Of a stretch of 64,000 nucleotides of DNA, positions 19,022 through 28,473 are shown piece by piece (positions within the stretch are counted from its first letter, which is position 1; each line of letters begins with the position of its first letter). Source of the DNA: a candidate division FCPU426 bacterium (GTDB taxonomy: Bacteria > Oederibacteriota > Muellerivitia > Muellerivitales > Muellerivitaceae); the NCBI GenBank assembly GCA_963719085.1, contig CAVRAL010000004.1:800001-864000 (forward strand), read 5' to 3'. The notes under the pieces were generated by a model. That model made no database searches. It had not been told where the DNA came from and was given only the letters and a program-made list of their open reading frames with translations. A program made the translations under genes and the position numbers.

Positions 19022-20011
19022 TCATGGCGCGGCAACAGCCGCTGGCACGCCGCCCATGTCATCCACGGTGTGAAAATGATTGTGGCACTTCACGCAAGAA
19101 TTTAAAGACGCGTCGCCCGGCAGCCAGGTCACCGGCTGGGTGATGCCTTCCGGATTGCCGGCTACAGGCTTGTCCCATTCCATGGCGTAGCGCCAGTCGC
19201 CTGTTTCCGGCGAGCTTCCCTTGGGACCCTTTTGCATCACATAAAGAGGGCCCGAAATTGTGGAAGGCTTTCCCCCGTCGTCCTCAAAGGATTCCTTCAC
19301 GACTAAAGCGCCCACCGGCAGGCTGTCCGAGTTTTGGTAGGCTTTGACCGCGTCCTTTGAGACATAGGTATTCACCCAGCGGCCCCCGTGGGTTTTGCTT
19401 ATCCAGGGGCTCGTGTTCATTTTGATGAGGGTACTTAAGCCGGCTTTCGCTTTTTCCATCATGTCTTGTTGGGGAGGAGCGGAATTTTTCTGCGGTACCG
19501 CGGGTGTCGGCATGGACGCGGCTGGCACGGGAGCGGTGGCGATAGCGGGCGCGTCCTCATCCGAGCCATAAACCATCTCGCCGCCTTCGTGGCCGGCGGC
19601 GCCAAAAAGAACCGCGGTGGCTAGCCCTAAAATCAGCTGTATCGTGAAGGGGCCACGCTTACCTTGCGCCAAGCGGATGGCGCCCCAAAGGGTCGCCGCC
19701 GAAATAATCAGGCCCAAACTTCCTAAAAGGGCGTGAAAACGCAACTGACCCTTCAAAGCGGATTCAGCCGGGAGCCAGGACCACTGGGTGGTGAGGCCTA
19801 AATGATGGGCGAAAAGATGGCCTAAAATCACGCTGGGAACCGCGGTGATAAAGGTCAAGATCCAAAGCGCGGAGGCGGATTTAAACAGCCAATCTTGTTT
19901 GAAAACTCGGCCTGAACCAAAAGCCATGACCGCCAAGATGGAACAGACGATCGGGAAATGGGTGGCCGGGGGATGGAGCCAGCCAAGGGTTTCCGCTAGA
20001 AAATCCATCAT
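19022..20011 (-). CDS. DUF2231-like 4-TM domain fused to a cytochrome P460/c'-beta family domain
   Basis: N-terminal LHP...HFPI and four hydrophobic helices; C-terminal LPVGALVVKE, VMQK, GDWRY and CVKCH; RBS AAGGAG. Confidence 0.8.
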   Translation of the reverse strand: MMDFLAETLGWLHPPATHFPIVCSILAVMAFGSGRVFKQDWLFKSASALWILTFITAVPSVILGHLFAHHLGLTTQWSWLPAESALKGQLRFHALLGSLGLIISAATLWGAIRLAQGKRGPFTIQLILGLATAVLFGAAGHEGGEMVYGSDEDAPAIATAPVPAASMPTPAVPQKNSAPPQQDMMEKAKAGLSTLIKMNTSPWISKTHGGRWVNTYVSKDAVKAYQNSDSLPVGALVVKESFEDDGGKPSTISGPLYVMQKGPKGSSPETGDWRYAMEWDKPVAGNPEGITQPVTWLPGDASLNSCVKCHNHFHTVDDMGGVPAAVAAP

Positions 20012-20155
20012 GAGGGCTCCTTGATTAATCGAATGGGTCTTCCCAGAATAGCATTCGTTGGAGCGCGGGGTTACAGGCTTTTGGCGCTTTCCCACAATTG
20101 GGAATTTCAACCAACCCTCCCTATAATAAGGGCACTTTTATTGAAGGGCTTTTCG

Positions 20156-21610
20156 ATGAACCCATCCGAACAACATCCCGGGGATATCCCCTCCGAAATT
20201 ACCTTTATCGCCTTGCCGGAAGCCTTGGCCCAATTCCATCACTTGCCCAGCCACGTCCCGGTTTGGGTCCACCGCGAAAAAGAAGCCAAAACCAAAGGCT
20301 ATGATTTTGAGGAAGGCGCCCATGTGATGGAAGAGCTGCTCAAGGCGGCTCCCCGGATTCCCGGCGCTTATCTATTTCAGTTGTTCGTGAAAAAATGGGC
20401 GAAGTTGAAAGAAGTCCAACCGCTCATTCAAGCCCGCCGAATCTCCGAGGCCATCGAGCCTTTAGTGGAAATTCTCGACCTGGATCCGGAGTGCCCGCTG
20501 ACCTGTTTTCAACTGGCCTACTGTTTCCGCAAGACCGGGGAATTTGAAAAAGCCGAGAGCCTTTACGCCAAGGCGGCGAGACTCGCCCCCCAAGCCGGCT
20601 GGATCTACACCAACCTGGGCCGCACCTATCAGGCCATGGATAACCGGGCCAAGGCGATCGAGGCCTATTGGAAGGCCTTGGAACTTTTACCCGGCGACCT
20701 TTATGTGATGGAACAGTTGGTCGACCTGGGCGAGCTTTACGCCATGCCGGGCGAGGATGGAGAAGCGGAGCAGTCCTTCATGCGCCGGTCCGATTACGAG
20801 AAAAAAATGAACCAAGAAATCGACTGCCGGGAAGACGAAGCCGATCTTTTAGAACTGGGATGGCAGTTGCTTCAGGAAAAACTGCCGAACCTTGCCTCGC
20901 GTTGTTTTGAGAAGGCCCAGCGCCTTGGCGGCCAGGGCGCGGCCGGCGAGGCGCTTTTGGGCGCGGGAATCACCCGGCTGGAGCTCGGGCAGTACCGGGA
21001 CGCGGAGGATTGCCTGATCCGCTTCCTGGACGAGAATCCGGAGTCCGCCACCGCCCACCTCAATCTTTTTAAGGTTTACCTGGCCTTGGATGAGGTGGAT
21101 TTGGCTTGGGATGAGATTCAAACCGCCGTGCAGCTCGACCCGAACCGGCTCGAGGTGCTTCAACAACTCTTTTTCTTTTTTGAGGAAACCCAGCGCGAGG
21201 ACGAGGCCTTGGATTGGATGGACCGGTTGGCCGAACAGCATCCGCGGAGCTTCGCCCCTTTTTTAGTGAAGGCCCAATATTTCACATCCCGTCAGCGCTG
21301 GGCGGAGGCCGAGCCCCTGTTGTTGAAGGCTTTGAAACGATCCCCCCGCAACGAGGAAATTTTGCTTTATTATTCCGCTGAGCTCGGAAAACAGGGGTTG
21401 AACCAGGCCATCATCGATCTTTTGGAATCCCAGGAAGGGACCCTGCCCTTTTCGCTGACCATCAATTTGTCCCTGGCTTACCGAAACGCGGGAAAATTTT
21501 CCGAGAGTCAGGCCATCCTGAAAAACTTCTTGAAGACCCCGGGTTTGTCGCCTTTAGTTCAGGAACGGACCCGGGTGATTTTGAAGGAACTGGAACAGGA
21601 AAACCCTTAA
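20156..21610 (+). CDS. Tetratricopeptide-repeat protein
   Basis: Repeated TPR patterns (NLGRTY...AIEAYWKALELLP, AVQLDP, ALKRSP). Confidence 0.85.
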   Translation: MNPSEQHPGDIPSEITFIALPEALAQFHHLPSHVPVWVHREKEAKTKGYDFEEGAHVMEELLKAAPRIPGAYLFQLFVKKWAKLKEVQPLIQARRISEAIEPLVEILDLDPECPLTCFQLAYCFRKTGEFEKAESLYAKAARLAPQAGWIYTNLGRTYQAMDNRAKAIEAYWKALELLPGDLYVMEQLVDLGELYAMPGEDGEAEQSFMRRSDYEKKMNQEIDCREDEADLLELGWQLLQEKLPNLASRCFEKAQRLGGQGAAGEALLGAGITRLELGQYRDAEDCLIRFLDENPESATAHLNLFKVYLALDEVDLAWDEIQTAVQLDPNRLEVLQQLFFFFEETQREDEALDWMDRLAEQHPRSFAPFLVKAQYFTSRQRWAEAEPLLLKALKRSPRNEEILLYYSAELGKQGLNQAIIDLLESQEGTLPFSLTINLSLAYRNAGKFSESQAILKNFLKTPGLSPLVQERTRVILKELEQENP

Positions 21611-21619
21611 GGCAATTTA

Positions 21620-21836
21620 ACAATGATTAACGCGGATGAACGCTGATAAATACAAATCTGAATTATGCATTTAGCAAAAAAAATAAGCGCTTTATGCGTC
21701 ATTGCGGGGAACTAAGTTGCGACGCTCCCCGCAATGACATATGGGCAACAGCTTGAACAATGCTTGGCCAAGTTCATAGTTTCTATTCTTATTTCAAGGG
21801 GATTAAAAATCAGCGTTCATCGGCGTTAATCATTGT
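21620..21836. repeat. Intergenic palindromic element, family A, copy 5, containing a family C hairpin at 21698-21738
   Basis: ACAATGATTAACGCGGATGAACGCTGAT ... ATCAGCGTTCATCGGCGTTAATCATTGT; inner perfect 13-bp inverted repeat GTCATTGCGGGGA/TCCCCGCAATGAC. Confidence 0.9.
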
Positions 21837-21859
21837 AAAAAGGATTTGTCCTCGTTTTT

Positions 21860-22357
21860 CTAAAACCAGTACCCGCCGATTTTGATCCGTTTTTCGGCCA
21901 GCAGAGTGTCCAGGGCCGCGTAGGTTTTAGGCCCCAACAGCGCGGCCAGTCCCAGAATTAAAAATCCGAGGTCCCGGGCCACCGTCCATCCGCTGAGCTT
22001 TTCCGTGGAGTCCATGGAAAAGCAGCCACAGTTCAAATCCACGCCGTGAGCCAGGTTGACCGTCAGGGCGGCGGCGTAAACCGCCATCAAAACAGAAAAG
22101 ACCAAGGCCGCGCCCCGGGTTTTAAATCCCAGGCAAAGGCAAAGTCCCGTGAATAATTCCAGCCAGGGAATCACCACGGCCGCCAGGGGGATCAACTCGG
22201 CCGGCAAGGCGTGGTAGTTCTCCACCATTTTCGAGAATTTTTCGGCGCCGCCTATTTTATCCAGGCTGGCGATGATCAGGATAAATCCCGCCGCCAAACG
22301 GGCCAGGGTGAATCCCAGGGTGATTAAGTTCAGGCCCGGCCATTTATTTTTTTTCAT
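21860..22357 (-). CDS. MauE/DoxX family membrane protein
   Basis: ASLDKI, PWLEL..G, CGCF and RD motifs. Confidence 0.88.
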   Translation of the reverse strand: MKKNKWPGLNLITLGFTLARLAAGFILIIASLDKIGGAEKFSKMVENYHALPAELIPLAAVVIPWLELFTGLCLCLGFKTRGAALVFSVLMAVYAAALTVNLAHGVDLNCGCFSMDSTEKLSGWTVARDLGFLILGLAALLGPKTYAALDTLLAEKRIKIGGYWF

Positions 22358-22992
22358 GGTTGGTCCCCGGTGTTAATCGGGAAGTCGGCTTTTTTCCATT
22401 CGGGCCATCCTCCGAAAAAAACTTTCACGTTGGTATAACCCTGCTCCGTTAATTTTTGGGCCAAGTGAATCGAAAGGTCGCAGGAAGTACCGTGGCAATA
22501 GGCGATGATTTCCCGGGTTTTATCCGGCAAGAGCGGAAGCACCTGGGGCGCCATCTTTTCAAAATCGTCGGCGTAAAAATCCAAAGCCCCCGGAATGTGG
22601 CCTTGTTTATATTCGTCGGGAGAGCGGGCGTCCAAAAAGACCGCGCTTTTTCGGTCGAACCGGTCCTTGGCTCCGACCAAACTTAAACGGGGAAGATTGT
22701 CGGGCGCGGGCGGTACGGCGCCGGCGGGAGCCGTGGCTTGGGCCGAAGTCCCCGCGGCGGCTTTGGGCGGGGCGGGGGCTCCCCAGCCCGGATAAACGGC
22801 GGCCGGCTGGGATTTTAAAACATCCTGCAGATGGGGTTGGTGAACCGGCTTCACCTTGAGCTCAATGCCTTCGGTATAAAAAAGGTTAAATAAAAGGGCG
22901 AATAGACCGGAAAAAATAAAAATACCCCAAGCCTCGCCCAAAACAGAGAAAGGGCTCGCGGCGGGGGAAGGTTTGGGAGAACGGATGGCCAT
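22354..22992 (-). CDS. Membrane-anchored rhodanese-domain protein
   Basis: FLDARS..EY..GHIPGA, YCHGTSC and FFGGWPEW; overlaps the MauE gene by 4 nt. Confidence 0.9.
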   Translation of the reverse strand: MAIRSPKPSPAASPFSVLGEAWGIFIFSGLFALLFNLFYTEGIELKVKPVHQPHLQDVLKSQPAAVYPGWGAPAPPKAAAGTSAQATAPAGAVPPAPDNLPRLSLVGAKDRFDRKSAVFLDARSPDEYKQGHIPGALDFYADDFEKMAPQVLPLLPDKTREIIAYCHGTSCDLSIHLAQKLTEQGYTNVKVFFGGWPEWKKADFPINTGDQP

Positions 22993-23112
22993 GGGCTTTA
23001 TTATTCAATTCCGGACCCTTGAATGCAAGAAGAGGCCGCCGGGGCCAGACTTTTTCAGCAATCCACGCCTGTAAAGGGTAAAATGACGCACCTTATTCCG
23101 AAGGGAAGAACC

Positions 23113-24228
23113 ATGGCACCGCCGATCCAGATCAACCGCCGGACTATTTTTATGGTGGCTTTTTTCGCCCTTTTGGTCGGGCTTTTAAGCCTTCTTTTTT
23201 CCCTTTTGGAGCCTTTCCTTCGCTCATTTGTTTGGGCCACCTTGTTCGTCATGGTTTTTTATCCGGTTTATGACCGGCTGCACCGCTGGACCCGGGGGCA
23301 GGACTCGATCTCGGCGATTTTGGCCACCCTGCTGGTCATGCTTTGCCTGGCCTTGCCCGGTTTTTTCATTTTTATCAATTTAGGACGGGAATTGCCCAAC
23401 GCCTTCACCTTGCTCTCCTCTACTTCCTGGGACGAGAAAAGCCAGTGGGTCATGGCCGAGCTTCAATCCCTGGATCTGGAAAAACTGCTTCAAACCTTTG
23501 GGGTCAGCCCGGACCAAGCCCAACAGATCGTCCAGCGGGCTATCACCGCCGGTGTCCAGGATTTTGGCCAGATGGTTTTGACCAAGGTCGATTTTCTTTT
23601 TAAGCATGTGGCACAGTTTGGTTTGGAAATGGCTTTTACCCTGGTGGCCATGTTTTTCTTTTTCCGGGATGGTTCCCGTTACGCTTTAAAAGTGATCGAG
23701 CTTTTGCCTTTGGAAAAGGAGTATCAGGATAAAGTCGTGAAGACCTTATCGGCCACGGTCACCGCCGTCATGCGGGCCATGTTTATCAGCGCTTTTGTCC
23801 AGGGTGTTTTAACGGGCGTGGGGCTGGCCTTGACCGGGGTTCCCCTGCCTTTTCTTTTCGGCGTCGTGGCTTTCATCAACTCGTTCATTCCTTTTTTGGG
23901 AGCGGCTTCCATTTGGGTCCCGGGCGCGGTTTGGCTTTTTGTCCAGGGCCAGACGGTGGCGGGCGTTTTGCTTTTAATCTGGGGGGCTTTGATCTCGATT
24001 TTCGACCATCTCTTCCGGCCTTGGCTTATTGGAAGCGCGGCCAAGCTCCCGGTTTTTGGGCTTTTCTTCACGATTATCGGCGGGTTGGTGGTGTACGGTT
24101 TCCTGGGTATTTTTCTGGGACCGATCATCCTGTCCATGGGAATGGCTTTCCTGGCGATCTACCGGGAAGTTTACCTGAACCTCAAGCCCCCCCCGAAACA
24201 GCGCCCGTCCGTCCGCCGCCGGGGTTGA
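23113..24228 (+). CDS. AI-2E family transporter
   Basis: FFFFRDG, QGVLTG, IPFLG, D...RP.LIG and GG...GFLGIFLGP. Confidence 0.92.
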   Translation: MAPPIQINRRTIFMVAFFALLVGLLSLLFSLLEPFLRSFVWATLFVMVFYPVYDRLHRWTRGQDSISAILATLLVMLCLALPGFFIFINLGRELPNAFTLLSSTSWDEKSQWVMAELQSLDLEKLLQTFGVSPDQAQQIVQRAITAGVQDFGQMVLTKVDFLFKHVAQFGLEMAFTLVAMFFFFRDGSRYALKVIELLPLEKEYQDKVVKTLSATVTAVMRAMFISAFVQGVLTGVGLALTGVPLPFLFGVVAFINSFIPFLGAASIWVPGAVWLFVQGQTVAGVLLLIWGALISIFDHLFRPWLIGSAAKLPVFGLFFTIIGGLVVYGFLGIFLGPIILSMGMAFLAIYREVYLNLKPPPKQRPSVRRRG

Positions 24229-24289
24229 TTCGTTCCCGTCCCCGGCCCACAATAAGCGTGAGATCCCATTTCCTTTCATGAGGTGAACC

Positions 24290-25396
24290 ATGCGTTACCG
24301 TTGGCTGGGCAATACCGGATTGAACATCAGTGAAATCGGGTTCGGCGCTTGGGCCATCGGCGGCAGTTGGTGGGGGCCGCAGGATGATCAGGACTCCCGG
24401 TTGGCGCTTCATCAAGCCTTGGATCAGGGCATTAATTTTATCGACACGGCCTGGGTTTACGGCGACGGCCACAGCGAAAAGCTGATCGGTTCGGTTTTAA
24501 AAGAGCGGCATGAGAAGCCGGTCATCGCCACGAAGGTTCCCCCCATGACTTGGAACTGGGAAGGGCCGGCGGGAACGCCCTTGTCCGCCGCCTTTCCCAT
24601 AAATTGGGTGAAGGCCAAGGTGGAAGAATCGCTCACGCATTTGGGGGTGGAAACGCTGGATGTGCTTCAACTGCACACCTGGTTGGCCGAATGGAACAGC
24701 CAAGCCGGGCCCTTGATGGACGCCGTGGCGCGGTTGAAACAGCAAGGTAAGATCCGCGCCTTTGGCTTATCCCTCAAGGATAAAGAGCCCGATTCCGCTA
24801 ACGACCTCATCCGCTGGCGGCAGATCGACACCCTCCAGGTTTTTTTCAATTTGCTTTACCAAGAACCCATCGAAAAACTTTTTCCCCTGGCGGGCCGCTA
24901 TGGCGTGGGCATCATCGCCCGCGTGCCTTTGGCCTTCGGGGCCCTGAGCGGGCGTTTTAACGCCTCCACGAAGTTCATCGGGGACGACCACCGCTCCCGG
25001 CTTTATGTCGGGAACGATTTGAAGACGACCTTAAAAAAAGTGAAGAAGCTGGAATTTCTCGCGTCCCGTTCCATGCCCCTGGCCGAGGCCGCTTTGAAAT
25101 GGACCTTGGCTTACCCCGAAGTTTCCACCGCGATCCCCGGAATCCGAAATCCCCGGCAGGCCCGGATCAACAGCCTGGCGGGCGACGGCGCGCGGGTTCC
25201 CTTAGCGGCGGCCCGCAAAGCCCAAGGCCTTTACTCGAAAAATTTCGGCCTGCCGGTCATGAAAGCGGCCTCGCTGGACCCGATCCCGGCGGTCTTCATT
25301 TCGGGGGTAAAGCTATTGAGTCCGCCGAAGGGGAAAAAAATAAAGAAAGCCTCCAAACCGCCTAAAAAGCTTAAGAAAAAGAAAAATAAGAAATGA
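24290..25396 (+). CDS. Aldo/keto reductase with a Lys-rich C-terminal tail
   Basis: LGNTGL.ISEIGFGAW, GINFIDTAWVYGDGHSE and ATK. Confidence 0.93.
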   Translation: MRYRWLGNTGLNISEIGFGAWAIGGSWWGPQDDQDSRLALHQALDQGINFIDTAWVYGDGHSEKLIGSVLKERHEKPVIATKVPPMTWNWEGPAGTPLSAAFPINWVKAKVEESLTHLGVETLDVLQLHTWLAEWNSQAGPLMDAVARLKQQGKIRAFGLSLKDKEPDSANDLIRWRQIDTLQVFFNLLYQEPIEKLFPLAGRYGVGIIARVPLAFGALSGRFNASTKFIGDDHRSRLYVGNDLKTTLKKVKKLEFLASRSMPLAEAALKWTLAYPEVSTAIPGIRNPRQARINSLAGDGARVPLAAARKAQGLYSKNFGLPVMKAASLDPIPAVFISGVKLLSPPKGKKIKKASKPPKKLKKKKNKK

Positions 25397-25959
25397 TCCT
25401 TCCCTGGAAAAAAGTTTCGGATCGGGTGGACTACGACTGCGGTTTTTTTAAGGTGCATGTCCAAAAGAGCCTGTCGCCCGTCACCGGCAAGGAACACCCC
25501 TTTTATGTTTTGGACACGCATGATTGGGTCAATGTGATCGCTTTAACGCCTGACCGGCAGGTGCTTTTGGTTTCCCAGTTCCGGCACGGGTCCGAGCAGG
25601 TGAGCGATGAAATCCCCGGTGGGGCGGTGGACCGCAAAGACGCCACGCCCCTGGACGCGGGCAAGAGGGAATTGCTGGAAGAGACGGGCTATCAGGCGGC
25701 CCAGTGGTTCTCCTTAGGGTCGGTTCGGCCCAATCCGGCCATCCTGAATAACCGCTGTCATTTTTTCCTCGCCCTGGGCGCCGCGCGGGTCGCGGAGCTG
25801 CATTTGGATGAGGCGGAAGAACTGGAGGGCCTGCTGATTCCGCTCTCGGAAATTCCGGCGCGGATTCGGGACGGCGGGATCAGCCATGCCCTGGTCATCG
25901 CGGCTTTTCATTTGTTGGAGCTTTTCCGCGAAGAAAATCCCGACAAACTGGTATTTTAA
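25393..25959 (+). CDS. NUDIX hydrolase (ADP-ribose pyrophosphatase-like)
   Basis: Nudix box GGAVD...AGKRELLEETGY. Confidence 0.92.
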   Translation: MILPWKKVSDRVDYDCGFFKVHVQKSLSPVTGKEHPFYVLDTHDWVNVIALTPDRQVLLVSQFRHGSEQVSDEIPGGAVDRKDATPLDAGKRELLEETGYQAAQWFSLGSVRPNPAILNNRCHFFLALGAARVAELHLDEAEELEGLLIPLSEIPARIRDGGISHALVIAAFHLLELFREENPDKLVF

Positions 25960-26106
25960 AAATTTCGGACAAAATCCTTGCCCAATGGCTTGAGCAATTC
26001 CATAAAAATCCCGGAAAGTTAAACGATGCGCTTGTCCTCGGGCGCTTAACCGTGTAATTTAACCACCTTGTTTCTACAATATTAAAAAAGTTTAGAGGAA
26101 ATGTTT

Positions 26107-26703
26107 ATGTCCCGAGTCTGCGTCTTTATTGATGGAAGCAATCTTTATTTCGCCTTGAAGCGAAACAACAAGATGACCCGGGTGGATTACTACCAGTTCT
26201 CCCTGGCCTTGGTCGGCGAAAAGCGCCGCCTGATCCGCACCTACTACTACAACGCGGGTTTCGACTCCGCGCACTTTTCGGAGAAAGCCAAGAGCCAGCA
26301 ATCCTTTTTTGACTCGCTGGACCGCACGCCTTACCTGGAACTGCGCCTGGGCCGCATTATTCAAAATCGGGAAGGCCACCGCATGGAAAAGGGCGTGGAT
26401 GTGCGCATGGCGTCCGACATGGTTTATTACGCCGCCCGCGATTTTTATGACACGGCCATCGTCGTGACCGAGGACCAGGATTTTTCCCCCGCCATCGCGC
26501 TCGTCAAGGAATTGGGCAAGCATGTGGAACTGGCGATTTTCCCCGACGCCCAAAGCCGGGAAATGGTGCGAGCCACCGATAAGGTGGTGAATTTGGAAGA
26601 GATCGTCAACCAGCACGCCTCCCACGTTTTCCCCCCGGCCCAGAACGGCGAAGAGCGCCGCAGCCCGGCGGGCACGGACGAGGAAATGGCCTACGGTGTT
26701 TAA
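26107..26703 (+). CDS. NYN/LabA domain (PIN-like) protein
   Basis: FIDGSNLY, EKGVDV..A.D and D.DF.P; RBS GAGGA. Confidence 0.92.
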   Translation: MSRVCVFIDGSNLYFALKRNNKMTRVDYYQFSLALVGEKRRLIRTYYYNAGFDSAHFSEKAKSQQSFFDSLDRTPYLELRLGRIIQNREGHRMEKGVDVRMASDMVYYAARDFYDTAIVVTEDQDFSPAIALVKELGKHVELAIFPDAQSREMVRATDKVVNLEEIVNQHASHVFPPAQNGEERRSPAGTDEEMAYGV

Positions 26704-26724
26704 AAAAGATTCACAAAAAAATTA

Positions 26725-26832
26725 ACCACAGAGTGAACAGAGTTACTCAGAGTTTTAAAAACAAAACTATCTTGAGATTCAGATAAATAATCATGTTTTC
26801 ACGCCGAGTAACTCCGTGTAACTCTGTGGTGA
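26725..26832. repeat. Intergenic palindromic element, family B, copy 1
   Basis: ACCACAGAGTGAACAGAGTTACTCAGAG ... GAGTAACTCCGTGTAACTCTGTGGTGA. Confidence 0.85.
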
Positions 26833-26847
26833 AATTGTTTAGGTTGA

Positions 26848-27828
26848 TCATCGGTCGAAAAACCCCAACTGCTCGCCTTGAAGCTGGGTCTTCCATTTGT
26901 TTTTTAACTTCCATTTGCGCCGAAAACCTTCCAGCCTTTCTCGCAAGTTCGCGAGGTAGGCCTCATCCGGATGGGCGTTGCCCCGGTAAAGGCGGATGGT
27001 TTTCTCAAAAAGTCCCCGGTCCCGGGCTTTGAGCGTTTGAAAATAATAGCCCCGCACCACTTGTCCCCGCAGGCGAAGAAGATTGTAGACGAAATAATCC
27101 ACGTCAATTTCCTTGGCGACCTTGACCATGCCTTCCAGCGCCTCGTCGCTGTCGGTGACGAAAGGGATGACCGGCATCAAATGGATGCCGCAGGGAATGC
27201 CGTGGGCCTTGAGTTGGCGCAAAGCTTCCAGGCGCCGGGAAATGGGGACGGCGTGGGGCTCTAAAAATTTTTGTAAGGAAGGGTCCAAGGTGGTCAGGGT
27301 CATGGCCACGCCCCCATTGGAGCGGTCCACCACTTCTTTTAAGACGTCCAAGTCCCGCAGGACCAAGTCGGACTTGGTGGAAAAGACCGCGGGCCAGGCG
27401 TATTTGGCGAAAAGTTTGAAGGCGCCCCGGGCCAGCCGGTATTTTTTCTCGGCGGGTTGGTAAGGGTCGGTGGCCGCTCCCAGACTCACCCAGGCGCGGG
27501 AACGTTTCGGATTGGCGAGTTCTTTTTCCAAGACTTCCAGGATATTGACCTTCACTTGGATCTTGCGTTGGAAATCAAAGGAATTTTGGAAGCCTAAATA
27601 CCAATGGGTGTAGCGGGCGAAACAATAAGGACAGCCGTGCCGGCAGCCCCGGTATAAATTCAAACTGTAGTCATAAGGCTTGGGGCCATAGGGAAGCCGG
27701 GTGTGGTGCAGGGCCGTCTTGACCTTGATCTCGATATACTCCACCTGGCTCGGGTCATTGTCGGGCTCGACAAAAGACGGCGAAAAACGGGTGGTGGGCT
27801 CGCCCGAGTTAAAGGGCGGGTGATTCAT
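26848..27828 (-). CDS. SplB-like radical SAM protein, probably DNA repair
   Basis: NLYRGCRHGCPYCFAR, TDPYQPAE, TKSDLVLRD and EP.A...RR. Confidence 0.9.
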   Translation of the reverse strand: MNHPPFNSGEPTTRFSPSFVEPDNDPSQVEYIEIKVKTALHHTRLPYGPKPYDYSLNLYRGCRHGCPYCFARYTHWYLGFQNSFDFQRKIQVKVNILEVLEKELANPKRSRAWVSLGAATDPYQPAEKKYRLARGAFKLFAKYAWPAVFSTKSDLVLRDLDVLKEVVDRSNGGVAMTLTTLDPSLQKFLEPHAVPISRRLEALRQLKAHGIPCGIHLMPVIPFVTDSDEALEGMVKVAKEIDVDYFVYNLLRLRGQVVRGYYFQTLKARDRGLFEKTIRLYRGNAHPDEAYLANLRERLEGFRRKWKLKNKWKTQLQGEQLGFFDR

Positions 27829-28312
27829 CGCTGGCGGGCCGGCGGTCGCGGTAGTAGAAAAAAAGCGAAGGCGCGTGGGCCGGGTGAATTTTCAATTGGG
27901 CTTGGAGCCGCTCGGCGTTTTGAAGAAAGTCCCGGGTGGACTCGGTGAGTTTTTCCGGGGTGATCAAGCGGATCCATTGCAGTTCATCGTCCCAGGAAAA
28001 GGCTCCCTGGCCGGGCCCGGCGGTTTTTTCTTTTAAGAAACCCAGGAAGTCGGATAAGGCCGGCATGGATTGAAGCTTCACCCGCAAAAAAAAGCCCTCG
28101 GACCAGATAAGGAAATCCATGATTTTATATTGGTCTAAAAGCTGGCCCTGGGTGAGCGCTTGGATCAAGCGGTAAGCTTGGGGCAGGTCGGACAGCCAGG
28201 GAGCGGCGTTTTTAGTTTTGAGCGAGACTTCGTAAGTTAAGTCTTTTGGGGAAAAGCTCGAATAAGGCTTGGCGTCTTCCCGCGCGATCAAGGTTGAGCT
28301 TAAAGTAGACAT
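27809..28312 (-). CDS. RAYT/IS200 (Y1 HUH) transposase-fold protein lacking the catalytic residues
   Basis: Colinear with the RAYT pattern, but the HUH position reads GFF and the YIxxNP position reads DFLQNA; RBS AAAGGA. Confidence 0.6.
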   Translation of the reverse strand: MSTLSSTLIAREDAKPYSSFSPKDLTYEVSLKTKNAAPWLSDLPQAYRLIQALTQGQLLDQYKIMDFLIWSEGFFLRVKLQSMPALSDFLGFLKEKTAGPGQGAFSWDDELQWIRLITPEKLTESTRDFLQNAERLQAQLKIHPAHAPSLFFYYRDRRPASDESPAL

Positions 28313-28358
28313 GGGATTTCCTTTATTGAAGATTCTACTCCCCATAAAAGCCATCGTA

Positions 28359-28439
28359 ATGAACGCCGATAAACGCTGATCTAAAACTGCAGAGGATTTT
28401 GTTTTTTTACCATCCGCCTTTATCGGCGTTCATCATTGC
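28359..28439. repeat. Intergenic palindromic element, family A, copy 6
   Basis: Perfect 15-bp inverted repeat ATGAACGCCGATAAA (28359-28373) / TTTATCGGCGTTCAT (28419-28433), followed by CATTGC. Confidence 0.87.
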
Positions 28440-28473
28440 TCCATAAGGTTTTGATTCAGAGACTATGAAGAAA

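Noticed and set aside
27809..28312. Active IS200/IS605 element
   Set aside because: HUH and Tyr residues are absent, there is no tnpB, and the gene overlaps a host gene.
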